From a virus (lineage: Duplodnaviria; Heunggongvirae; Uroviricota; Caudoviricetes), in IMG/VR virus record IMGVR_UViG_2802429244_000001, positions 1 to 13,892 of that record: a stretch of DNA of 13,892 nt; one strand, written 5' to 3'. Below are positions 1 through 6,699 of this stretch, one piece after another (positions within the stretch are counted from its first letter, which is position 1; the number at the start of each line of letters is the position of its first letter). A program made the position numbers and the translations under genes. The notes below the pieces were generated by a model. The model saw nothing but the letters and a program-made list of their open reading frames with translations. It did no database searches and had not been told where the DNA came from.

Positions 1-4
1 GGCA

Positions 5-280
5 ATGTTAAGTAACCTTCCCGGATTGCTGAATGTGGCGTTATGCACGGTTATCGTGCTGACGCTCTTTTTTTATCGTCGCCGTGATTCCAGACATAAG
101 CCGCTGGTGTCATGGCTGGCCTGGCTGCTGATGCTGCTGTATGCCTTTGAGCCCCTCAGCTATCTGTGTGGTCGCCCGTTAGCAACGGGCTGGCTGGAAG
201 TGTTTTTTAATCTGCTGTTCTGCGTGCTGGTGATACGCGCACGCGGGAACGTCACAAAAATCTTTCCATTGTTGAGGTGA
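5..280 (+). CDS. Putative holin, 91 aa with three predicted transmembrane segments; may extend upstream of the window
   Basis: Three hydrophobic stretches (LLNVALCTVIVLTLFFY, LVSWLAWLLMLLYAF, WLEVFFNLLFCVLVI) separated by short charged loops, basic C-terminus; stop TGA 278-280 lies immediately before the endolysin start. ORF frame is open to the window edge. Confidence 0.5.
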   Translation: MLSNLPGLLNVALCTVIVLTLFFYRRRDSRHKPLVSWLAWLLMLLYAFEPLSYLCGRPLATGWLEVFFNLLFCVLVIRARGNVTKIFPLLR

Positions 281-282
281 AT

Positions 283-660
283 ATGTCGGGTAAATTCAGA
301 TTCAGCCGTCGCAGTGAAAAAAATCTGGAGGGCGTCAAACCACAGCTGGTTGCTGTCGTTCGCCGTGCGCTGGAGCTGACGGAGGTTGATTTCGGTATTA
401 CGGAAGGGCTGCGCACGAAAGAACGCCAGAAACAGCTGGTCGCGGAAGGGAAAAGTCAGACCATGAACAGCCGCCATCTGACCGGTGATGCGGTGGATGT
501 TGTGGCCTACGTTGGCAGCCAGGTGTCATGGGACTGGCCTCTGTACGAGAAAATCGCGCAGGCATTTAAGCAGGCTGCCGCAGAGCTGGGAACTGCCATC
601 GAATGGGGCGGGGACTGGCGGACGCTTAAAGACGGCCCACATTTTCAATTGAAGCGATAG
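283..660 (+). CDS. Endolysin, peptidase M15 family (L-alanyl-D-glutamate peptidase type)
   Basis: Translation contains SRHLTGDAVDV and GGDWRTLKDGPHFQL, consistent with the His/Asp zinc-binding motifs of M15 phage endolysins; GAGG at 274-277 precedes ATG 283 (in-frame GTG at 277 is an alternative start); position directly after the holin. Confidence 0.8.
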   Translation: MSGKFRFSRRSEKNLEGVKPQLVAVVRRALELTEVDFGITEGLRTKERQKQLVAEGKSQTMNSRHLTGDAVDVVAYVGSQVSWDWPLYEKIAQAFKQAAAELGTAIEWGGDWRTLKDGPHFQLKR

Positions 661-730
661 CTTGCAAAACATACAGGGCCGCCATGAGCGGCTTTTTTAT
701 TGCTCAAAAAACGAAAGAACGGAGGTACGT

Positions 731-1012
731 ATGTACGCGCTGAAAAAAATCACGGTAACGGAAGATGGGCGCCAGGTTGAAGAAGTGCATGTTCTGGGGA
801 ATATGTATCGCCTGGAATTTTACCCGCGCAACACTCACCTTGCTGCCCAGGTGGAGTATTGCCAGGATGGAAATGTACCATGCATTTCGGTGGAAAAAAC
901 GGATGAGGCCTACATCACCACGCTGGCGGGTGACACGGTTCGTTGTATCTGTCGCGGTGACACTAAAGCCAGGAATGAAATAGCCAGATGCCGCACCCAG
1001 GGCAGTAAATAA
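731..1012 (+). CDS. Hypothetical Cys-rich protein, 93 aa, no predicted TM segment
   Basis: GGAGG at 721-725 five nt upstream of ATG 731; the ORF runs to TAA 1010-1012 and is followed by a strong terminator. Five cysteines in the C-terminal half. The ORF track's longer version from 662 lacks an RBS. Confidence 0.45.
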   Translation: MYALKKITVTEDGRQVEEVHVLGNMYRLEFYPRNTHLAAQVEYCQDGNVPCISVEKTDEAYITTLAGDTVRCICRGDTKARNEIARCRTQGSK

Positions 1013-1021
1013 AAAAACAAA

Positions 1022-1052
1022 ACCCCGGCTGCTGGAACAGTCCGGGGTTTTT
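1022..1052 (+). terminator. Rho-independent terminator closing the lysis cassette
   Basis: GC-rich inverted repeat CCCCGG(1023-1028)/CCGGGG(1042-1047), extendable through CTG/CAG with one bulge, followed by TTTTT 1048-1052; an A-run upstream could allow bidirectional function. Confidence 0.6.
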
Positions 1053-1143
1053 AGTTTTCACGTCAAAGAGGAAATTGTGAGTAGTGAGTACGGAGAAAAT
1101 CCTCGTGGGAAAGTATAAAAGATTCTTTTTGAGGTTGTCCATT

Positions 1144-1257
1144 ATGAAAGGTATTGAAGTGGAAACTCCCGCGAGCCTTGATTTGACAAGGGCTGCGGCC
1201 TTTGCAATTCGCCTTGTGGCGGTCGCTGTTCTGATTTGGGCTGTGCGTTGGTGGTGA
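1144..1257 (+). CDS. Small membrane peptide, 37 aa, single C-terminal TM segment (not in the ORF track because of its length)
   Basis: GAGG at 1131-1134 nine nt upstream of ATG 1144; translation MKGIEVETPASLDLTRAAAFAIRLVAVAVLIWAVRWW; stop TGA 1255-1257 sits one nt before the ATG of the next gene, suggesting translational coupling. Confidence 0.35.
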   Translation: MKGIEVETPASLDLTRAAAFAIRLVAVAVLIWAVRWW

Positions 1258-1258
1258 C

Positions 1259-1441
1259 ATGAGCCGAAAACACTGGACACACAGAATGCCTCGAACGGCG
1301 GTGAAATGGGCGCTGGTAGCGATACTGGTGCCTTTTTTCCTGGTGGGATGTGTCAGCCTGGATAAAGCGCGCCAGCTTTTTGATACAGCTTCTCAGGTCT
1401 GTGAAATTGTCGACGGTGTTCGGCAGTGTCTGCAGAACTGA
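1259..1441 (+). CDS. Small lipoprotein, 60 aa, lipobox LVGC, about 30-residue mature part with three Cys
   Basis: Positively charged N-region, hydrophobic stretch WALVAILVPFFLVG, then Cys (lipobox LVG-C); mature sequence CVSLDKARQLFDTASQVCEIVDGVRQCLQN. Tightly coupled to the upstream small peptide. Confidence 0.5.
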   Translation: MSRKHWTHRMPRTAVKWALVAILVPFFLVGCVSLDKARQLFDTASQVCEIVDGVRQCLQN

Positions 1442-1615
1442 TCGCCTGTAAGAGCAGAATATTTTGCTGAAAAATGAAGGATGTGTCAGCGTCCGGAAAG
1501 CATGAAATTCTGTGTTTGTGGCTACTCAATTAAATAAATTCTTTCTGTCGCCGCGAATACTCAAATGTTGATCAGTGCCCGGTGCGGCGACGGGCTTCGA
1601 TATCAGGAGACGATG

Positions 1616-1912
1616 ATGGAAAAAACAGAAAACAAACCGATTGTAATTGGTGCTGATGCTGCTCCGTTTAAGTTTGAGTTGTCTCAACTGGTGGAGATGC
1701 GCATCAGTGATGAATGGGGGGAGGTTAAAGCCCGCGCGCAGTATGCGGATGGCGAAAACCAGTACTTGATCCACTACAAAGCAGCTGATGGTCGCGCCAC
1801 GACGGAGTGGTTTGGTGAGTCAATGCTGGAAGCAACGGAAGATGATCGCCATCCTGGCTGTCCGGTATTTGCTGGTATGAAATTGCCGGAAGGCGCGGTT
1901 GTTACTGAGTAA
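1616..1912 (+). CDS. Hypothetical acidic protein, 98 aa
   Basis: AGGAG at 1605-1609 six nt before ATG 1616 (in-frame ATG 1613 is an alternative); ORF to TAA 1910-1912; followed by a 7-bp GC stem-loop at 1924-1946. No family recognised. Confidence 0.5.
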   Translation: MEKTENKPIVIGADAAPFKFELSQLVEMRISDEWGEVKARAQYADGENQYLIHYKAADGRATTEWFGESMLEATEDDRHPGCPVFAGMKLPEGAVVTE

Positions 1913-2139
1913 CGGGCATTACAGCAGCCCTTCAGCGAGGGGCTGCGATAATGCAACACAGGAATAAAAACCGGCCAGGGAGAATCCGTTAAAGGTCTGC
2001 CGGTGGCGAAAAAGTGCCAGGTGCTCAACCTAAGCTGATTCTCTGTTGAACACAATAATTTTATTTACATCTATGTGAATGCGTAGGGCTTCTGTGATGC
2101 ACGTCATGTTAACGATGTATGGATATGCGAATCATTCCC

Positions 2140-2200
2140 ATTTTCACGGGTCCTTCCTGAATTTTGGAACACCGGGGGGATGCGGACGCGCAGAAATCGC
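2140..2200. other. Candidate cos site (cosQ-like motif and G-rich putative cosN) upstream of the small terminase gene
   Basis: A 437-bp AT-rich non-coding gap lies directly upstream of the small terminase gene, which is where cos sits in lambda-type phages. ACGGGTCCTTCC at 2146-2157 resembles, from memory, the ACGGGTCCTTTCC sequence near the right end of lambda DNA; a G-rich segment 2172-2190 and TTCGTCAT-containing sequence downstream resemble lambda cosN/cosB flanks. Exact nick sites cannot be assigned. Confidence 0.35.
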
Positions 2201-2349
2201 CAAATTTTTGCATTTTCATTCGTCATCATCATCTTGTTAACTACATGATATATATTGTTAATTTAGTTCTCTTATGTCGAAATTGGTGTTTTTTTATTCG
2301 ACAACATAAAACTCGTCGTGACCTTGGTTTTTTATGTGTCTGGTGAATT

Positions 2350-2847
2350 ATGGATCGTGAACTGAAGAATCTTGCACTCAACATCAGTCAGGTAGCTGCT
2401 CTGTCTGGGTTACACCGACAAACGGTGTCTGAAAGGTTAAAAAAAATTAAAACCACGGGTGGGCACGACAAACTTAAGTTGTACAAACTCACTGATATTC
2501 TGGCTGAGTTATTGAAGTTGCCACCGCCTGTCGCTGAAGGGGAAATGGATCCCCATGACCGAAAAGCCTGGTATCAGTCAGAACGGGAACGTCTGAAATT
2601 CGAACAGGAGGTCGGAGAACTGATCCCTGCGTCTGATGTCGCCCGTGAATTTGCTGAAATGGCAAAGGCTATGGTGCAGGTTCTGGAAACCCTCCCCGAT
2701 ATTCTTGAACGCGATTGCGCTCTTGAGCCTTCGGCTGTCATGCGGGTGCAAAGCATTATTGATGATCTGCGTGACGAAATTGCGCGGCGGGTGGCAGATG
2801 ACAGCAAACAGGAAGATACAGAGGAGGAAAATCAGGAGGACGAATAA
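2350..2847 (+). CDS. Terminase small subunit (Nu1-like, N-terminal helix-turn-helix)
   Basis: N-terminal HTH-like segment LNISQVAALSGLHRQTVSERLKK, acidic C-terminal tail, stop TAA 2845-2847 overlapping ATG 2847 of the large terminase (ATAATG). Confidence 0.7.
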   Translation: MDRELKNLALNISQVAALSGLHRQTVSERLKKIKTTGGHDKLKLYKLTDILAELLKLPPPVAEGEMDPHDRKAWYQSERERLKFEQEVGELIPASDVAREFAEMAKAMVQVLETLPDILERDCALEPSAVMRVQSIIDDLRDEIARRVADDSKQEDTEEENQEDE

Positions 2848-4964
2848 TGCCTGTGCAGGCGACCGCCAGATCGTTGAAACTGGATACGGGCCAGTTAATT
2901 AAAGCGCCGCGCAGAATGCCTGTTGCCGAAGCGGTACAAAAATTTATGCGAGTCCCTACATCTGGTGGCAACTCTGTTCCGTGGGATCCGATGGTTGCGC
3001 CGTATGTGATTGAACCCATGAACTGCCTGTCGTCCCGTGAGTTTGATGCGGTTGTTTTTGTTGGCCCTGCCCGTACGGGCAAGACTAACGGCCTGATTGA
3101 TGGCTGGGTGGTTTATAACATTGTCTGCGATCCGTCGGACTTTTTGCTGGTGCAGATGACGCAGGATAAGGCGCAGGAGCACTCCAAAAAGCGCCTGGCA
3201 AGAACATTTCGTTGCAGCCCGGAGGTCAGAAAACGCCTCAGCCCACGCCGTAACGATAACAACGTTCATGACAAATATTTTCTGTCAGGCAGCTTCCTGA
3301 AAATCGGCTGGCCTTCCATCAATGTCATGTCATCCTCTGATTTTAAATGTGTTGCGCTGACTGATTACGACCGATTTCCTGAAGATATCGATGGCGAAGG
3401 TGATGGTTTCTCCCTGGCTTCAAAACGTACCACCACATTTATGTCAGCTGGTATGACGCTGGTGGAGAGTTCCCCTGGACGTGAGATCACAAACAGCAAA
3501 TGGCGCAGAACGTCACCGCATGAAGCCCCGCCCACCACGGGGATCCTTTCTCTGTATAACCGTGGCGATCGTCGTCGCTGGTACTGGCCCTGTCCGGATT
3601 GTGGTGATTATTTTCAGCCATCAATGGAGGCTATGACGGGATATCGTGACAATCCTGATCCTGTAAAAGCCAGTGAAGCGGCTCATATATTGTGTCCGCA
3701 TTGTGGCAGTCAAATCACTGCAGATATGAAACGTGAACTGAATGGTCGCGGCGTCTGGTTGCGTGAAGGTGAGCAGATTGACAGAGAAGGGAATGTAACC
3801 GGAACGCCACGTCATTCAAGGATAGCCAGCTTCTGGATGGAAGGGCCGGCTGCAGCCTATCAGACCTGGGCGCAACTGGTTTACAAACTACTGACTGCTG
3901 AGCAGGAATATGAAGCCACAGGCAGTGAGGAAACGCTGAAGGCGGTGATTAACACCGACTGGGGATTACCTTATTTACCTCGTTCCGCAATGGAGTTGCG
4001 CAGTGCAGATGTTCTGATGCAGCGGGCTGAGGATTACGGTAAGCGCCTGGTACCGCCGAAAGTGCGTTTTCTTATTGCGGCGGTGGACGTGCAGGGCGGG
4101 AAGAACCGACGGTTTGTGGTGCAGATTATTGGTTATGGCGAGGACGGTGAACGCTGGCTGGTGGACCGTTATAACATCCGACAGTCATTGCGCGGCGATG
4201 AAAATGGCGAAGCATTACCTGTGCATCCCGGGGCTTATCCTGAAGACTGGCAGTTGCTGGTCACCGATGTACTGGAGAAAACGTATCCGCTCCAGTCCGA
4301 TCCGGCCCGCAGAATGCCTGTACTGGCAATGGCGGTGGACAGTGGTGGTGAAGACGGGGTGACGGATAACGCCTATAAATTCTGGCGAAAATGTCGTCAG
4401 GATGGACTGGGGCGACGGGTTTTTCTGGTAAAGGGAGACAGCACGAAACGCCAGAAAATTATTACCATCACACACCCGGATAATACCGGGCGAAGCGATC
4501 GCCGTGCGGATGCTCAGGGGAAGGTGCCGGTATATCTCCTGCAGACAGACCTGCTGAAAGATCAACTAAGCAATAACCTGCAACGTGAAATGCCCGGACC
4601 GGGCTACATTCATTTTCCTGACTGGCTCGGGGAGTGGTTTTATGAAGAGTTGACCTATGAGGAACGTGGTGCTGACGGGAAATGGCGCAAGCCGGGAAAA
4701 GGGAATAACGAAGCGTTTGACCTTTTTTGCTATGCCCATGCCGTCGCCATTCTGCGTGGCTATGAAAAAATCCGTGACTGGAGCAACCCTCCCCAGTGGG
4801 CAAGAGGGCAGGGTGCTGACGCGGGGGCTTCGGCAGACAGACGTTCTTCCGACACAGTGGGCAAGAAAAACGTTGCCGGAAGAGATGAGCGGCAAAAAGC
4901 AGCGTCGCCGGAAGCGTTATCCGGAAACTGGTTATCACTACCCCGAAACGGAGGATGGTTGTGA
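2847..4964 (+). CDS. Terminase large subunit, lambda gpA family
   Basis: 705 aa; Walker A-like VGPARTGKT near the N-terminus; Cys-pair segment WPCPDCGDYF...ILCPHCGSQI comparable to the CPHCG region of lambda gpA; synteny small terminase - large terminase - W - portal. Confidence 0.9.
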   Translation: MPVQATARSLKLDTGQLIKAPRRMPVAEAVQKFMRVPTSGGNSVPWDPMVAPYVIEPMNCLSSREFDAVVFVGPARTGKTNGLIDGWVVYNIVCDPSDFLLVQMTQDKAQEHSKKRLARTFRCSPEVRKRLSPRRNDNNVHDKYFLSGSFLKIGWPSINVMSSSDFKCVALTDYDRFPEDIDGEGDGFSLASKRTTTFMSAGMTLVESSPGREITNSKWRRTSPHEAPPTTGILSLYNRGDRRRWYWPCPDCGDYFQPSMEAMTGYRDNPDPVKASEAAHILCPHCGSQITADMKRELNGRGVWLREGEQIDREGNVTGTPRHSRIASFWMEGPAAAYQTWAQLVYKLLTAEQEYEATGSEETLKAVINTDWGLPYLPRSAMELRSADVLMQRAEDYGKRLVPPKVRFLIAAVDVQGGKNRRFVVQIIGYGEDGERWLVDRYNIRQSLRGDENGEALPVHPGAYPEDWQLLVTDVLEKTYPLQSDPARRMPVLAMAVDSGGEDGVTDNAYKFWRKCRQDGLGRRVFLVKGDSTKRQKIITITHPDNTGRSDRRADAQGKVPVYLLQTDLLKDQLSNNLQREMPGPGYIHFPDWLGEWFYEELTYEERGADGKWRKPGKGNNEAFDLFCYAHAVAILRGYEKIRDWSNPPQWARGQGADAGASADRRSSDTVGKKNVAGRDERQKAASPEALSGNWLSLPRNGGWL

Positions 4965-5179
4965 AAAAAGATGAGATTTTCCAGATGCTGGTTATCGTGC
5001 GTCAGGCATACAGGGATTCCCTGGATGGTAAAAGTGTGTCTTTTACCGGGGTGAATGGCAGGGCGATCACCAACCATGATCCTGTTGCATTGCGCAGGGA
5101 GCTTGAATACTGGGAAAAACGCTGGGCGGCGGCCTGCCAGCCCACAAGGAAACCGTACAAACTCGCCCGTTTCTCCTGA
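4955..5179 (+). CDS. Head-tail joining protein, lambda gpW-like
   Basis: About 70 aa ORF between large terminase and portal, the position lambda gpW occupies; GGAGG at 4949-4953 is better spaced for the in-frame GTG at 4961 than for ATG 4955, so the true start may be 4961. Confidence 0.55.
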   Translation: MVVKKDEIFQMLVIVRQAYRDSLDGKSVSFTGVNGRAITNHDPVALRRELEYWEKRWAAACQPTRKPYKLARFS

Positions 5180-5187
5180 GGTTTTTT

Positions 5188-6699
5188 ATGGGTTTTTTTG
5201 ATAAAGCACTTGGTGCAATTGCGCCAGGGTGGGCAGTTTCGCGCGCCAGAAACAAAATGCTGCTGAGAGCTTATGAGGCGGCGCAGCCTTCACGCCTGAA
5301 TAAGGCGCGGCGCGAGAGCCGTTCTGCCGATACAGCGGTTTTTTCTGCCGGTACCTCGTTAAGGGAGCAGGCCAGGGCGCTGGATGAAGATCATGATATC
5401 GTGATTGGTCTGCTGGATAAGCTGGAAGAGCGGGTTATTGGTGCGCAGGGGATCCAGGTTGAACCACAACCACTGAGAAGCGATGGCACCCTGCATGAAT
5501 TGCTGGCAGAGCAGATTTCGGCATTGTGGTCTGAATGGTCTGTTCGCCCTGAGGTCACGGGGATGTTCACCCGACCGGAGGCCGAACGGATGGCATTGCG
5601 ATCTGCTTTGCGTGATGGCGAGATGTTCGTACAACTGGTGCGTGGTCCTGTCGCCGGTCTGAATCATTCCACTGTGGTGCCATTATCACTGGAACTTCTC
5701 GAAGCAGATTTTGTTCCGGTCAGTCTGAACACGAACGCGGGTCAGCAAGTCCGTCAGGGCATTATTCTTAACAACTGGGGGCGGCCTGTAGGGTATCGGG
5801 TTTATAAATACCATCCTGCAAATATGCGCGGATTCAGCGCCGATCTCAAAACTGTTCACGCAGACAACATGCTTCATCTGGCGATGCGGAAACGGCTTCA
5901 TCAGGTGAGAGGTGTCAGCCTGTTACATGGTGTGATTCGCCGGATTGCTGATCTGAAAGATTACGAAGAATCAGAGCGTGTGGCTGCCCGTATTGCTGCC
6001 GCGCTGGGTTTCTATATTAAGCGTGGTGATGCCGCCAGCTTTCCGACGGATAACGACTGGACACCCACAGAACAAAAACCCCGGTACTTTGATATTTCAC
6101 CGGGCATGATTTTTGACGAACTGGCCCCCGGTGAAGATCTGGGGATGGTGGAGTCGAATCGTCCGAATGTTCATCTTTATGAATTCCGGAACGGGCAGTT
6201 GCGTGCTGTGGCTGCCGGAACCCGTGGCAGTTATTCCAGTATTGCCCGTGACTATAACGGCTCCTACAGTTCGCAGCGTCAGGAGCTGGTGGAAGGTTAC
6301 GAAGGCTACGGGGTTTTACAGCAGTGGTTTGTCGGTCAGTACAGCCGCCCGGTGTACCGGGCATGGCTGGAGCAGGCGATACCTTTTCTTGAAATTCCTC
6401 CTGATGTGGATATGTCCACGCTTTTCAATGCCACTTATCTTGGCCCGGTGATGCCGTGGATTGATCCGGTGAAGGAGGCTGCAGCATGGCGGGCCATTCT
6501 TCGCGGTGGTGCCGGGACGGAGGCCGAGTGGATACGTGCCCGTGGGCAGTCACCGCAGGAGGTTAAACGTCAGCGACTGCGTGAAACTGAATTTAACCGG
6601 GAAAACGGGCTGGTGTTCGATTCTGACGCCGCTAACGATAAAGGAGCGATCCCTGATGCAGCAAATGATAAACCCGCGTCTTCGCGGGACGATGATTAA
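5188..6699 (+). CDS. Portal protein, lambda family
   Basis: 503 aa; N-terminus MGFFDKALGAIAPGWAVSRARNKMLLRAYEAA is typical of lambda-family portals; located between the W-like gene and the protease/capsid gene; stop TAA 6697-6699. Confidence 0.85.
   Translation: MGFFDKALGAIAPGWAVSRARNKMLLRAYEAAQPSRLNKARRESRSADTAVFSAGTSLREQARALDEDHDIVIGLLDKLEERVIGAQGIQVEPQPLRSDGTLHELLAEQISALWSEWSVRPEVTGMFTRPEAERMALRSALRDGEMFVQLVRGPVAGLNHSTVVPLSLELLEADFVPVSLNTNAGQQVRQGIILNNWGRPVGYRVYKYHPANMRGFSADLKTVHADNMLHLAMRKRLHQVRGVSLLHGVIRRIADLKDYEESERVAARIAAALGFYIKRGDAASFPTDNDWTPTEQKPRYFDISPGMIFDELAPGEDLGMVESNRPNVHLYEFRNGQLRAVAAGTRGSYSSIARDYNGSYSSQRQELVEGYEGYGVLQQWFVGQYSRPVYRAWLEQAIPFLEIPPDVDMSTLFNATYLGPVMPWIDPVKEAAAWRAILRGGAGTEAEWIRARGQSPQEVKRQRLRETEFNRENGLVFDSDAANDKGAIPDAANDKPASSRDDD

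Noticed and set aside
765-983. 72-aa alternative-frame ORF overlapping the 731-1012 gene
   Set aside because: Same strand, different frame, fully embedded, no RBS; the 731 start has a strong GGAGG.
1075-1088. Tandem 7-bp direct repeat GTGAGTA GTGAGTA upstream of the small peptide gene, considered as an operator or promoter element
   Set aside because: Only two copies and no convincing -35/-10 pair at proper spacing nearby; too little evidence to call a regulatory site.
963-1280. Minus-strand ORFs (963-1280 and 1063-1260) across the terminator and small-peptide region
   Set aside because: They run antisense through a + strand terminator and the + strand small genes, with no RBS or recognisable protein features.
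2164-2346. 60-aa + strand ORF inside the AT-rich gap upstream of the small terminase gene
   Set aside because: No RBS, composition typical of translated AT-rich non-coding DNA, and it overlaps the putative cos region.
1913-2349. Possible tRNA or other structured RNA gene in the lysis-to-terminase gap
   Set aside because: No cloverleaf-compatible arrangement or conserved tRNA motifs could be discerned by eye; the region is better explained as cos plus a late-operon leader. A tRNA scan would be the decisive check.
2574-3269. Minus-strand ORFs antisense to the terminase genes (2574-2807, 2756-3082, 2895-3269)
   Set aside because: Embedded antisense to confidently assigned terminase genes; Arg/Ser-rich translations typical of antisense frames.
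6506-6655. Upstream in-frame extension of the protease-capsid ORF overlapping 150 nt of the portal gene
   Set aside because: A well-placed AAGGAG-ATG at 6656 gives a start consistent with a ClpP-like N-terminus; the extension has no RBS and would overlap the portal excessively.
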